Program-made: the position numbers and the translations under genes
The notes under the pieces: generated by a model
What the model was told of the DNA's origin: nothing
Database searches by the model: none
What the model saw: only the letters and a program-made list of their open reading frames with translations
Origin: Blastocatellia bacterium
Lineage (GTDB): Bacteria; Acidobacteriota; Blastocatellia; UBA7656
Reading direction: 5' to 3'
DNA: 64,000 bases
Assembly (NCBI GenBank): GCA_963765495.1
Contig: CAVXWP010000001.1
Coordinates: 160,001-224,000, forward strand
In this document: positions 38,517 through 48,231 of the stretch, piece after piece
How positions within the stretch are numbered: the first letter of the stretch is position 1
How the letters are laid out: each line of letters opens with the position of its first letter

Positions 38517-39485
38517 TTACCATGTTCGCGCATCATTCAAAGCCCTTTGCGCCTCGGCCTGCATGTAGGTTCCAAAATTTGGCTTGCCCTGTTTGACTCG
38601 CGCAAGTATGTCGCGCGCGGTCTTGTTGACCTGCGCCCGGTCTTTTTTCCCTGCATAGCTCATCAGCAGATAGCGCGCGAAAGTCTGATTGTCGGGGTAT
38701 TTATCCTTGAGCTTGAGCGCGATGGCTATCGCTTCATCGAATCTGCTCTCTTTTAGTATGTATATTTCAAGAAGCGCAAGACCCGCATCCGCGCTTGTCA
38801 AAGAGCCGCGCTCGTGTGCGGTCTTCAAATACTCCAACCCCTTTTCGCGGTCGCCTGTGGGCAGCGCCTTTGCGCCAAGCATGGCCGTTGCTACCCTGCC
38901 TATGGAAGTGTCTGTCAGCAATCCTACCTGATAATAAATCCCGCCCGGCGCAAAATATATGTCAGCGTTATCGGGAGCGATCTTTATCAGTTCTTCAAAA
39001 TGGTTCTGCGCCGTTCGCGCATATTTGGCAGCAGGCAGCGCGTGGTTCTGATAGAGGTTGATTCGCGAACGGATGGCATAAGCCGATACGAGATAATATA
39101 GGGCGTCGCTTTCATCCTTTTTCGATTTTGTGGAGCGGGCAAGCACTGCTTCCGCTTTTTCAATGGCCGAGGCGAGCGAGGTCTCTATATCGGCATCGAA
39201 CCTGCGGTTTCCTCGTTCGAGCTTCGCATCGACATAGGATTTCCAGGTCAATGCGACCGCGTGATAGAAATCGCCTGTCGGGTCGGCGGGTCGCTTCTTC
39301 GCCATTTCATCGAATCGCCCGGCGGCCCCGTCATAGTCGCCTCGATATATCAATTCGCGGGCTTCGGTGATCGCTTTCCGCATACTTTCGTCACTGGTCT
39401 CCTGGGCCAACCCTGCGGCAGCCGGGGCAAAGAGAATAATCAATGCAAGCGCGAAGGTCCACAGATATCGAATCGGCGTCCTCAT
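38517..39485 (-). CDS. Secreted TPR-like protein
   Basis: Signal peptide, helical repeats, KYPDN. Confidence 0.7.
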   Translation of the reverse strand: MRTPIRYLWTFALALIILFAPAAAGLAQETSDESMRKAITEARELIYRGDYDGAAGRFDEMAKKRPADPTGDFYHAVALTWKSYVDAKLERGNRRFDADIETSLASAIEKAEAVLARSTKSKKDESDALYYLVSAYAIRSRINLYQNHALPAAKYARTAQNHFEELIKIAPDNADIYFAPGGIYYQVGLLTDTSIGRVATAMLGAKALPTGDREKGLEYLKTAHERGSLTSADAGLALLEIYILKESRFDEAIAIALKLKDKYPDNQTFARYLLMSYAGKKDRAQVNKTARDILARVKQGKPNFGTYMQAEAQRALNDARTW

Positions 39486-39648
39486 TTTCTACTCCGCTTT
39501 CTGACCGGCCTTTGGCCCGGACGGTTGATGTGGCTACAATTGTATGTCGGCACTGGTATTCTACTTTCCGAGCGCGCCCGACGCAAAGCAAGCCCGAGGC
39601 GCGCGTTCATGAATTGATCCAGACAGATGGAGTATCAAAGGAATTCTG

Positions 39649-41181
39649 ATGAGAAAAGTTGTTTTTCCAATTCTGCTTGTGCTGCTGGGTGTGGCGCTTG
39701 CGCCCGAGGTCGCGGCCCAATCTGCCGGTAAGATAATTGATCGTTACAAAAAGGCCGTGGGCGGTAAAGCCGTCAAGCGCGTCAAAAACGTCTTTATAAG
39801 CGGAAGCCTTAAATCGGGTGACACGACCGAGGGGCGTTTTACCTACAGGGCCGCCGCGCCCAACCGCTTGCGAATAGACGTGGAATCGACTGGTTCGAAG
39901 GTGAGCAGGTGTTACAACGGAAAGTCGGCCTGGCGATTGGACGAGCGCGGGCTCAGAACCCTGCTCGGAGATGAAGCAAAGTTGCTGCGTCTTGAGGCGC
40001 TTATTGCCAACAGCCGGTTGAATGATCTCGCGCGCAATCGCATCACCGCGCGACTCGCGGGCAAGGCGCAGATTGACGGGCGCGAGGTCGATTCAGTCGT
40101 ATTTGAAAAAGAAGGCGTGAGCCTCAAACTCTTCTTCGATCCGTCGAGCAGGCTCTTGATCAAACAGGAGAGGGAAACGCCCGAAGGACTTCAGGAAACC
40201 ACCTATTCAGATTACCGCCCGGTTGACGGCGTTATGGAGCCGTTCTCTATCAAGATCAAAAACGGCGAGCGCGAGATGCTCATAATTGCCGACAAAATAG
40301 AGCATAACACTTCGGTTGAAGAGGCTGCCTTTCGCTATCCGACGGTAGAAGGAGACCGCCCGCTGCCCGAAATCGAGCCTCTGATGAAGACAATCGAGGC
40401 CAATCAGGAGAAGATCGAAGAACTCAAAGAACTCTATACGTTTCGCGAGGCCGAGACCGAAAATAAACTCGACGGCAAAGGACAGATCAAAGAGAGCGAG
40501 ACGCGAGTCTATGAGGTCACTCCGGTCGCGGGCGATTTCGTGCGCCGCCTCGTGAGCGTCGACGGCAAGCCGCTCTCTGCATCCGAGCAGGAGAAAGAAG
40601 ACCGCAATGTGCAGAAAGAAGCGGAGAAGGCCCTAAAGCGCCGCGATAAGAAGAAAGAGCAGGAAGACAAGCGCGACCAGGAAGAAGATGATTCGGATGA
40701 TCGCCGCATAACTGTCCTCAGTTTTTTGCGGCTTTGCGAAATCACCTCCGTTCGCCGCGAGATGTTTCGCGGCCACGAAGTTATTGCCTTTGACTTCGAG
40801 CCTCGCAAGGGAATAAAACCGAGGAATAGAACCGAAAACCTCGTCAGCAAGCTCGCGGGCACCATGTGGGTAGACGAAGATGCGCGCCAGATCGTCAGGA
40901 TCGAAGCGCGGCTGATGGATTCATTCAAGATAGCGGGCGGGCTTTTCGCCTCCGTCGCGCCTTCGACCGCAGTCGCCTTCGAACAGGAAAAAATAGGCGA
41001 CGAGGTATGGCTGCCTTCATACGCCGAGGTGAACATCTTTGCGAAGGTGATGCTTTTCGCAAAGATAAATCGCAACGTCGTATCGCGGTACAGCGATTAT
41101 AAAAAGTACAGGATAGACAGCCAGTATGAACTGGCAAAACCGGATGAGAACAAGAAAGACGAGGAGAAGAAACCCGATTAG
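39649..41181 (+). CDS. Secreted two-domain LolA-like (lipoprotein-sorting-like) protein
   Basis: Signal peptide; YSDYRPVDGVMEPF and a second domain GTMWVD...VWLPS...YSDYKKY. Confidence 0.6.
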   Translation: MRKVVFPILLVLLGVALAPEVAAQSAGKIIDRYKKAVGGKAVKRVKNVFISGSLKSGDTTEGRFTYRAAAPNRLRIDVESTGSKVSRCYNGKSAWRLDERGLRTLLGDEAKLLRLEALIANSRLNDLARNRITARLAGKAQIDGREVDSVVFEKEGVSLKLFFDPSSRLLIKQERETPEGLQETTYSDYRPVDGVMEPFSIKIKNGEREMLIIADKIEHNTSVEEAAFRYPTVEGDRPLPEIEPLMKTIEANQEKIEELKELYTFREAETENKLDGKGQIKESETRVYEVTPVAGDFVRRLVSVDGKPLSASEQEKEDRNVQKEAEKALKRRDKKKEQEDKRDQEEDDSDDRRITVLSFLRLCEITSVRREMFRGHEVIAFDFEPRKGIKPRNRTENLVSKLAGTMWVDEDARQIVRIEARLMDSFKIAGGLFASVAPSTAVAFEQEKIGDEVWLPSYAEVNIFAKVMLFAKINRNVVSRYSDYKKYRIDSQYELAKPDENKKDEEKKPD

Positions 41182-41200
41182 CTGTATCTCGGCGAGACGG

Positions 41201-41926
41201 CTAGAGGCACTTGGCCAATCGAGCCTGATCGCCCAGAGTCAGATAGAAAGGTCCTATCTCTTCGTCGGTGTCTGTCAGGTGAACCATCAGCATCATCGTT
41301 TTGCCGTCGGTCCATCCGCTATAGCGAGCGGGCAGAGGAATAAAGTTCTCGTCTTCGTGTACGGGTCCCGGATGCTCGTGCGTAAACGTGCCTGCTACGT
41401 CAAAGCGCCCGGTGTCGTCGAGTACCAGCGGCTCATCTATCGAACCGTGAGCGCAATCGAATTCCACATCGCGTTTGTCTTGGGAAAGACTGAGCGCAAC
41501 GCTTCTGCCTCCCCATTCGCCGGGAGGCGCGGTGGTGATATTGCTTGTGTAGACTACGCGGAACTTCTTTTTTGCTTTGCAGGTGTTCGATTCGGTAGAA
41601 GCCGTTACCTTCACCTTCCACTTGCCGGGAGACACAGGGATGTACTCACCAAAAGAATCTATGCCGATAAACTGGCCGGAGAAATCGGTTACCGACGGGG
41701 CAAGCTCGATAAAGAAAATCTGTGATTGATGAGTCTGTTTGTTTTTGGCCAGGATATGTATCTTTGAGCCGGGAAGAAAATTGGTCCCGGCAATTTCATA
41801 AAGGTCGTGTCCATCATTGACGGGTGTAACCGTGATCGAACACCCGCTTTGCGCCCGGGCAGAACCGGCTGTCGCGACGATCATAAGCAATGCAAGCGCT
41901 GCTATAGCAAAAGTGATTCGTTTCAT
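41201..41926 (-). CDS. Secreted hypothetical protein
   Basis: MKRITFAIAALALL signal after a GGAGGG RBS; GEWGG...EFDCAHG...C-terminal KCL. Confidence 0.65.
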   Translation of the reverse strand: MKRITFAIAALALLMIVATAGSARAQSGCSITVTPVNDGHDLYEIAGTNFLPGSKIHILAKNKQTHQSQIFFIELAPSVTDFSGQFIGIDSFGEYIPVSPGKWKVKVTASTESNTCKAKKKFRVVYTSNITTAPPGEWGGRSVALSLSQDKRDVEFDCAHGSIDEPLVLDDTGRFDVAGTFTHEHPGPVHEDENFIPLPARYSGWTDGKTMMLMVHLTDTDEEIGPFYLTLGDQARLAKCL

Positions 41927-42110
41927 TTTACCCTCCCGCTGTGTCGAAAGCCCCTGTGCGACATGGTTTCGTCTTTCAAGCGACCAGGTGAGGTGAGTTT
42001 CGCCAGCAAAGCCGTTATTCTCGAAGCGTAGCCGCGTATGGCGGCTATGTGCGATTATATGCCCATCGGTTTTGAGTGTCAAAACTTGAGATGTGTAGCT
42101 AGGAAAATAG

Positions 42111-42247
42111 AAATAGGCCGAGGATGCGACGGCTATACCTGGATTAAATCAAATAAGGTCAGATCCGCGTAAATCCGCCGCATCCGCGTTATCCGCGGCC
42201 TATTCCCATTCGTCTTTAGGTCAAATTGCCTTTCAATACTATTGACG
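42111..42247. repeat. MITE-like palindromic repeat, copy C
   Basis: aaataggccg...atccgcgttatccgcggcctatt...ttcaatactattgacg; shares core and tail with copy A. Confidence 0.65.
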
Positions 42248-42273
42248 CCTGATGCCCGCAGGTCAAATACTCA

Positions 42274-43467
42274 ATGGCCATGATATACCGCGAAAAAATC
42301 CTGACGGCTCTCGAAAACCACAGAACTGAATTCACAGGCTTTGAAAGCGAAATGCGCGCTCAGTTTGCCGTCTATGGCGAAGCGCTCGACCGTCTTGCTT
42401 CGGCAAGCCTTGAGGACCTGCTTGCCCGGCTTGCACTGACTGATTCGCCCGGCGCATTGCCCACAAGAGAATTCCTGAGCGCCCCCGAACTTGTTTTGCC
42501 CTTTGACCACGAGTGGGGCAATCACGAAGAGGCGCGCGCCTGGGCCTTTGAAACATTGCTCGGGCGGACTACCTTTGCCGCCGACGGCAGTCAGATCCTG
42601 CCCTCGAAAGATTTCTCGGTCCCCGTGGCCGCCGTGCAAGTAGGATGGTTTGAAAACCCTCATACGCCGGGCGGGCGCTACATCAAAGATATAGCTTTCG
42701 AAGTGCTCACGCCCGATGAAGTGATGGTCCGCACGGGCGGCCTTACCGAATTCTCCGAGCAGATAGTTCATCGCCGCCGTTACGGCATGGAAGCCGACGC
42801 GATCAGAAATTTCTGCGTAGCCGCCGCCTCTCGCGGCTACGATGCCGCGCGCCCACCCGTAGTCTTTTTCGACAGCCTGCTTGTCATCTCTTTTGCCGAA
42901 CTGTTGCCCGATGATCAGCGCGCGTCCTATGTAGCGGAAATCGTCTCTTTACTTGCGACTTCCAAACAGACCGGCATACCGATTGTCGGTTATATAGATT
43001 CAAGCTCTGCGCGCGACCTGATAAATATGTTGCAGGTGACATTTGATCTGATCGATGCGCACAGGCTGGTGGATGCCGGGCTGCTCTCTTCACGCATGAA
43101 ATGGGGAGACAGGACACCCGTCTTCACCTGCGCCCGTCGCGGCATACTCGATTCTTACGCTGATGATTGGAGGCGCGGAGTCGGGTTTCTTTATTTGAAG
43201 ACATCAAGCGACGGCGCGCCCTCGCGGCTGGATGTGCCGCTCTGGGTCTGGGAGCAGGGCTTGCTCGATTACGTGGTCGATACCGTGCGTGGAGAGGTGA
43301 TCGTAGGCAACGGCTATCCTTATGCGATTGAATCGGCCGACGCAACGGCGGTGCTGACCACTCGCGACCGGGAGATGTTTTATGCCGTGTTTCAGGAATT
43401 TGCCGGACGCGAACAGCTCGGTCTGCGAATAGCTCGCAAAGCAATAAGCAAAGCGCATCGCAGATAA
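42274..43467 (+). CDS. NurA-domain nuclease
   Basis: FAADGSQI, FFDSLL, VGYID, GNGYPYAIESADATAV. Confidence 0.85.
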   Translation: MAMIYREKILTALENHRTEFTGFESEMRAQFAVYGEALDRLASASLEDLLARLALTDSPGALPTREFLSAPELVLPFDHEWGNHEEARAWAFETLLGRTTFAADGSQILPSKDFSVPVAAVQVGWFENPHTPGGRYIKDIAFEVLTPDEVMVRTGGLTEFSEQIVHRRRYGMEADAIRNFCVAAASRGYDAARPPVVFFDSLLVISFAELLPDDQRASYVAEIVSLLATSKQTGIPIVGYIDSSSARDLINMLQVTFDLIDAHRLVDAGLLSSRMKWGDRTPVFTCARRGILDSYADDWRRGVGFLYLKTSSDGAPSRLDVPLWVWEQGLLDYVVDTVRGEVIVGNGYPYAIESADATAVLTTRDREMFYAVFQEFAGREQLGLRIARKAISKAHRR

Positions 43468-43570
43468 TTAATCTCTCCGATCTTGCCGCGCAATGGATGC
43501 TTTGTTAGACTCAAAAATCCGCATTATTGCTTGGCCTTACGAACCAAATGGGAACATAGGAGAGATTTGG

Positions 43571-43939
43571 ATGCAATCTGCTGCACCGCTCATTTTTTGC
43601 ATTGAAGATGATGCAGACACCCGCGAGATGCTTGAGATATTGATTCGCGAGCACGGTTATCGCTTCGCCTCGGTTGATAACTGCAAAGCGGCACTGAGCT
43701 TTATACGTGAGAACGAAGTCGCGATTGTGCTGATGGACAATCTGCTCCCGGATGGCAGCGGCATAGATTTGTGCCGCGAGGTGCGCCAATTCGACCGGGG
43801 GCTGCCTATCATCTTTCTTTCCGGTTCCGGCGTGCAGAAAGACTATGACCTGGCGATGGAAGTAGGCGCAAACGCATTCCTGACCAAGCCTTATTCGCTC
43901 GAAGAGTTGTTCTCTTTGATTGACCGGTTAAAGCGATAA
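43571..43939 (+). CDS. Single-domain response regulator receiver
   Basis: IEDD, LMDNLLPDGSG, FLTKP. Confidence 0.9.
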   Translation: MQSAAPLIFCIEDDADTREMLEILIREHGYRFASVDNCKAALSFIRENEVAIVLMDNLLPDGSGIDLCREVRQFDRGLPIIFLSGSGVQKDYDLAMEVGANAFLTKPYSLEELFSLIDRLKR

Positions 43940-43995
43940 AAACCTCGCTCGCGCCTTTTGAATCAAATTCCCTCGGGTCTCTTACCTCAACTGCT

Positions 43996-44946
43996 TCACC
44001 CCTGCGGTTTGCTGTCGAGTTCAAGCTCCGGCTGGTCAGGGATTGCCGCTCGCCTGTGTTTTACGAGCGACCATAATTTACCTAACATGCCATGAGAGAC
44101 GTAAGCCGTCGTTATTATCAGCAGCGTCCACTGCGAGTAAAACCAGATGGCCAGAAACACAAGTGCCATCCCGAGTATCAAAATTACGGGATGATAATTC
44201 CGCGTGCCGACACCTTTGAAGCTTGAATATCTGAGCGTGGAAACCATCAGCGCGGCAAGTAAGACCACAAGCAACAGCAGCGCCGCCGAATAGATTCGCG
44301 CATCAACAGGGAAGCCCATCCCTCTGATCGACAAATTGTACTGAGCAGCATAAGCAAAAGGCATGGGCGCAAAATGAGCTATTGCGGCGATCAGGCTTGC
44401 GCCCATTGGAATGGGCAATCCCACAAAGGCTTTCTTGTCCACCTTTGGATTTTTGGGTGGCTGATTTGGCTTTGTTTGCCGGGCCTGTACGTTGAACCGG
44501 GCGAGCCGCAAAGCGCCGCAGATGACAAAAACAAACGACACGCCCCAGGCCAGCTTGTGCAATTCCGGCAACTGGCCGTACCCCCACGAGTAGGCAAGCA
44601 AGGCCGGTGCTATGCCAAAAGAGAGCACGTCGGCTATTGAGTCAAGCTCGATGCCGAACTCTGATGTAGCGCCGGTCATACGCGCGATGCGCCCGTCCAG
44701 AAAATCGAACAGGGCGGCGAACCCGATATTTATCGCGGCGCGGTCAAAGTGCTCGGCTGCCGCCGCCGCGTTTGCCAGGGAAAGCCATCGCACTCCGGCA
44801 AACGATTCCATCACGGAATAGAACCCGCAGAAGATATTGGCGGTCGTAAGCAAACTCGGCACGATGAAGACGCCTTTGCGGAACCGCCGCCTGCTGCGGC
44901 GAGCCTGCATCTCGTCCTGCGAAATGTTCGATGTTCTGTCAGCCAC
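43996..44946 (-). CDS. pssA: CDP-diacylglycerol--serine O-phosphatidyltransferase
   Basis: DFLDGRIAR...SEFGIELDSIAD; LRLARFN; adjacent to psd. Confidence 0.92.
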   Translation of the reverse strand: MADRTSNISQDEMQARRSRRRFRKGVFIVPSLLTTANIFCGFYSVMESFAGVRWLSLANAAAAAEHFDRAAINIGFAALFDFLDGRIARMTGATSEFGIELDSIADVLSFGIAPALLAYSWGYGQLPELHKLAWGVSFVFVICGALRLARFNVQARQTKPNQPPKNPKVDKKAFVGLPIPMGASLIAAIAHFAPMPFAYAAQYNLSIRGMGFPVDARIYSAALLLLVVLLAALMVSTLRYSSFKGVGTRNYHPVILILGMALVFLAIWFYSQWTLLIITTAYVSHGMLGKLWSLVKHRRAAIPDQPELELDSKPQG

Positions 44947-44973
44947 ACTGCCTCCTATCGGCGGTATTTCGGG

Positions 44974-45600
44974 TCAAGCGCCCCCGATACGACCGATCAC
45001 GGTCACACCGGCTCTGACGCGATCTCCCCGCTTTACAAGCACTTCCACCTCTGCGGGCATTACAACATCCATACGCGAACTGAATTTCATCAACCCGACG
45101 CGCTCGCCAAGCGCAACCCGGTCGCCCTGCTTTTTCCAGAATACGATTCGGCGCGCAAGTATGCCGGCGATCTGGCGAAAGGTTATAGTGATGTAGCGGC
45201 CTTTGAGCGTGATTATGTTCTGCTCGTTTTCTGCCGAAGCGATTTCACGCGAGGCGATGTGATAAGCGCCGGGCTTATAGACCATCTCCAGTATCTCGCC
45301 CGCCATCGGAGACCGATTTATGTGAACATCGAGAGGCGACAGAAAGATCGAAACCTGCGTGGGAGAGTCTTTCACATCGGCATCAACCGGGGCGACTACG
45401 ACTACGCGACCATCGGCGGGCGAAACAATTATCGAATCATCGTCCGGAGATTGCCGCTCTGGATCACGGAAAAAGAAGGCCATAAAAATGGCCAGCAATA
45501 AACACCCGATAGCGGCTATCCACCAGCCCAGAATGAAAAATATGATGGCCGGTATGAGAAAAAAAACTATAAATGGTATGCCTTCTTTCGCCATAATCAC
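44974..45600 (-). CDS. psd: Phosphatidylserine decarboxylase
   Basis: FFRDPER, SPADG, DVHINRSP, QIAGILARRI, KFSSRMD. Confidence 0.92.
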   Translation of the reverse strand: MIMAKEGIPFIVFFLIPAIIFFILGWWIAAIGCLLLAIFMAFFFRDPERQSPDDDSIIVSPADGRVVVVAPVDADVKDSPTQVSIFLSPLDVHINRSPMAGEILEMVYKPGAYHIASREIASAENEQNIITLKGRYITITFRQIAGILARRIVFWKKQGDRVALGERVGLMKFSSRMDVVMPAEVEVLVKRGDRVRAGVTVIGRIGGA

Positions 45601-45601
45601 C

Positions 45602-45783
45602 GCAGAACAGCAGGCAGCAGGCAGCAGGCAGTAGGCAGTTGTATTGAAGCTAAAACCTGATCGGCGTAAATCCGTGTCATCTGTGTCCTGTTCGCACCGT
45701 TCTAATCATGTCTAATCATGCAGTTGGATAGAGAGCGATAATTGTCCTTAAATAACTGCCTACCGCATACTGCCTGCTGTTTC
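45602..45783. repeat. Inverted heptamer array (GCAGCAG/GCAGTAG type)
   Basis: cagcaggcagcaggcagcaggcagtaggcag ... ctgcctaccgcatactgcctgctg. Confidence 0.7.
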
Positions 45784-45927
45784 TAAAAAATATGGCTACC
45801 CTATAACGAACGTTTGAGGCGCGTATTGGCACTTGACGCGCAACCACTACCGCTCGTGAGTAGCCAACGTTTGTATGTAATCAATGTTCTGTCTGATGCG
45901 CATCAGACAGAACATTGATCTGAGAAA

Positions 45928-46173
45928 TCAGTGTCCTGCAACTTGCTGTTGTTCGGCGTGATGGCGCAGGATCTCCTCCATCTGGTCCTTAAGGTATAAT
46001 TTCTTCTTCTTTAATGTAGATTCCTCCAACTGCTCCTCAGCGCTCGGATAATGCAGCGCAGCCAATTCACCCAATCTCTTTTCATACTCGCTGTGCTCGT
46101 TTGCTAGCGCCGCAAACTGTGCGTCATTGGCCAAGAGTGTCTCTTTGAGGGCCTCAGTATCGGAAAATGTCAT
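45928..46173 (-). CDS. DUF465 / YdcH family protein
   Basis: FAALANEH...LKKKKLYLKDQM. Confidence 0.8.
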   Translation of the reverse strand: MTFSDTEALKETLLANDAQFAALANEHSEYEKRLGELAALHYPSAEEQLEESTLKKKKLYLKDQMEEILRHHAEQQQVAGH

Positions 46174-46267
46174 AATAGAATCTCCTCCCTTTCATTGTTA
46201 GTAAGACCAGCTTTACAACTTGCAAAAATGGTACTCGAAAGCCTTTCCTGTTGCAAGAGAAGGAGAG

Positions 46268-46310
46268 GCGACGCGGGGACGGTGCGAAGGCGCGTCCCCG
46301 CGTCGTTTTT
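46268..46310 (-). terminator. Hairpin directly after the MFS stop
   Basis: gacgcggggac / gtccccgcgtc stem. Confidence 0.5.
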
Positions 46311-47680
46311 CAATCGCCGTAGCTTTCGCGAACGGCGTGCGAGGGTACATTGAAGCGCTTGAGCCACAGGGCCACAAGCCAGATCAGACCGGGGCTTGCA
46401 GACAGCAACCCGGATGTGATTATGACCGCGCGGGGGCTGAAATGCGAAAGCAGCCAGCCGCCTGCGACCATCGAAACCGCCATCATGCCGATTTCCAGCG
46501 AGCGGTCGGTTGTGAATACGCGCCCGCGATATTCATCCGGCAGCACTCTCATCATCAGGGTCTCCTGCACGCCAAACTCCATCCCCAGGACCAGTCGGCT
46601 GAATGCCGCAAACAACGCCATCAGCCCAAGCGAAGGCATAACCCCTGAGATTGCGAAGAGGATGCCGTGCAAGAGAAGCGACCACCCTATAAAACGGCCT
46701 GCGCGCCGCTCTTCGGCTGCCCACGCTCCGGCGCGCCGCGCAAGCATCATCCCGACGAACAGACCCGCGCCCGCGGCGGTCAGTAGCTGAGCAACGGCCC
46801 AGTCGCCCCGGTCGCCCTCGCCGTGAGCGAACATATGCCCGCCAACCTGATCGTAGATCAGATTGACCATCCCGCCCCCGGTCGCCCAACCTATGTTGAC
46901 CATTATCACCCCTCTCACAAAGGGTGTAGACCACACATAGGAAAGCCCTTCGCGCAGGTCGGTCAGGAATGATCTGCGGCCCGAAGCCGTCTCCGACTCG
47001 CCCTCATCCGTGGGCGTTTCATCTGCCGACACGGTCGATGTGCCAAAAGCGATGGCTTGCTGCAAAAGGGCCGCCTGCCGGGCGGCTTTGCTCATCACCG
47101 ACACCGGGATGGGCACGATAAAGATCGCCGACGCGATAAAGGAGAGCGAATTCACGACAAAGGCTACATCATAGCCGAACTGCGCCGCCGTAAGACCTCC
47201 GAGGGCCGAGCCTATCGTGAATTGCAGAAAACGCGTCGAATACATCATTACGTTTGCCGTCAACAGTTCGCGTGTGGTCACCATATTTGGCATGGCAGCG
47301 TTCTTTGCCGCCTCGAAAAACATCGTGAGCGACGACATCAACGCGCTGCAACAGATCACAAGCCACACCGAACCAAACGAGGCCGATGCTATGTAGGCAA
47401 CCGCTATACCTGCGCGAAGCAGATCAGCCGCGATCATTATCTTTTTTCGCGAGTACCTGTCGGCCAGCACGCCCGCTACAGGCGCAACCAGCAGGAAAGG
47501 CAGCGTCCGCGCCACAAGCAGCGCCATCGTCGCAAGCGGCGACCCGCTAAACATGCGGACCAGCCCAAGCTCGGCGATAAATGAAAACCAGGTGCCGAGT
47601 TCGCTGATTATCTGGCCCGTCCACAGACGGCGAAAATTCCTGTTGTTGCCCAGCAGTTCTCTATAGGTTGCTGATGACAT
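46310..47680 (-). CDS. MFS transporter (DHA3-like)
   Basis: FRRLWTGQIIS, GVLADRYSRK, PDEYRGRV. Confidence 0.92.
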   Translation of the reverse strand: MSSATYRELLGNNRNFRRLWTGQIISELGTWFSFIAELGLVRMFSGSPLATMALLVARTLPFLLVAPVAGVLADRYSRKKIMIAADLLRAGIAVAYIASASFGSVWLVICCSALMSSLTMFFEAAKNAAMPNMVTTRELLTANVMMYSTRFLQFTIGSALGGLTAAQFGYDVAFVVNSLSFIASAIFIVPIPVSVMSKAARQAALLQQAIAFGTSTVSADETPTDEGESETASGRRSFLTDLREGLSYVWSTPFVRGVIMVNIGWATGGGMVNLIYDQVGGHMFAHGEGDRGDWAVAQLLTAAGAGLFVGMMLARRAGAWAAEERRAGRFIGWSLLLHGILFAISGVMPSLGLMALFAAFSRLVLGMEFGVQETLMMRVLPDEYRGRVFTTDRSLEIGMMAVSMVAGGWLLSHFSPRAVIITSGLLSASPGLIWLVALWLKRFNVPSHAVRESYGD

Positions 47681-47782
47681 GATTTGCTCCGGACTTCGCT
47701 TGGGAAGTCATCCCCGACAATCAATGGCACGATCGATCGTCGAATCCACTTTAATGTTCCGATCCTGGCGGCACGAGACTCC

Positions 47783-47825
47783 AAAAAAACAGAAGCCGCC
47801 AGCATCAAGAAAGACGCTGGCGGCT
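47783..47825 (-). terminator. Intrinsic terminator upstream of the MFS gene
   Basis: Minus strand agccgccagcgtc-tttctt-gatgctggcggct followed by tctgttttttt. Confidence 0.75.
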
Positions 47826-47850
47826 ATCGCGCTTGAAGCTGTTGAACTCT

Positions 47851-48000
47851 TTATGGTGATTTGAAGGAAATTATTCCCATAGGAGTAAACAGCGGCGTGC
47901 CCCAGCGAGAGTCGAGGGCGCATGTAGGCTGCGCTCCCGGCTTAACGCTCCAAAGAGCGTCAAGGCGATCGACTTCGATTATCTGGTGCACATTAGCCAT
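47851..48000 (-). CDS. Putative 49-aa leader peptide / small ORF
   Basis: MANVHQIIEVDRLDALWSVKPGAQPTCALDSRWGTPLFTPMGIISFKSP; GGA-rich RBS; lies between a promoter and a terminator. Confidence 0.4.
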   Translation of the reverse strand: MANVHQIIEVDRLDALWSVKPGAQPTCALDSRWGTPLFTPMGIISFKSP

Positions 48001-48037
48001 AACTTTTTCCAATCAATCCGCACGGTTGCGGATGCTT

Positions 48038-48067
48038 GAAGATAAACCCGGAGCGCGGCCCGTGTCA
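48038..48067 (-). promoter_or_regulatory. Sigma70-type promoter
   Basis: Minus strand TTGACA-18nt-TATCTT, divergent from the tRNA. Confidence 0.5.
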
Positions 48068-48157
48068 ACAAGTATTTTCTCGATGTAATTGACAAATCGA
48101 CGGGAATAGGCGAAATTTATTTTTTGCCGGTTCGCGCTTTGATGCAACAACTGGTAT

Positions 48158-48230
48158 GGAGGGCATAGCTCAATGGTGGAGCACCACGCTGTGGACGTGG
48201 TGGTTGTGGGTTCGAGTCCCACTGCTCTCC
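48158..48230 (+). tRNA. tRNA-His (GTG)
   Basis: G-1 plus GAGGGCA/TGCTCTC acceptor stem, C73, CCACG-ctGTGga-CGTGG anticodon arm, GTGGG-TTCGAGT-CCCAC T-arm; CCA not encoded. Confidence 0.92.
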
Positions 48231-48231
48231 C

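Noticed and set aside
44974-45110. psd self-cleavage site reads FSS rather than FGS
   Set aside because: The pyruvoyl-forming Ser is retained; likely a benign lineage variant
47821-47915. 6S RNA or a known riboswitch
   Set aside because: The rod is too short and lacks recognisable conserved motifs; kept only as a candidate attenuator
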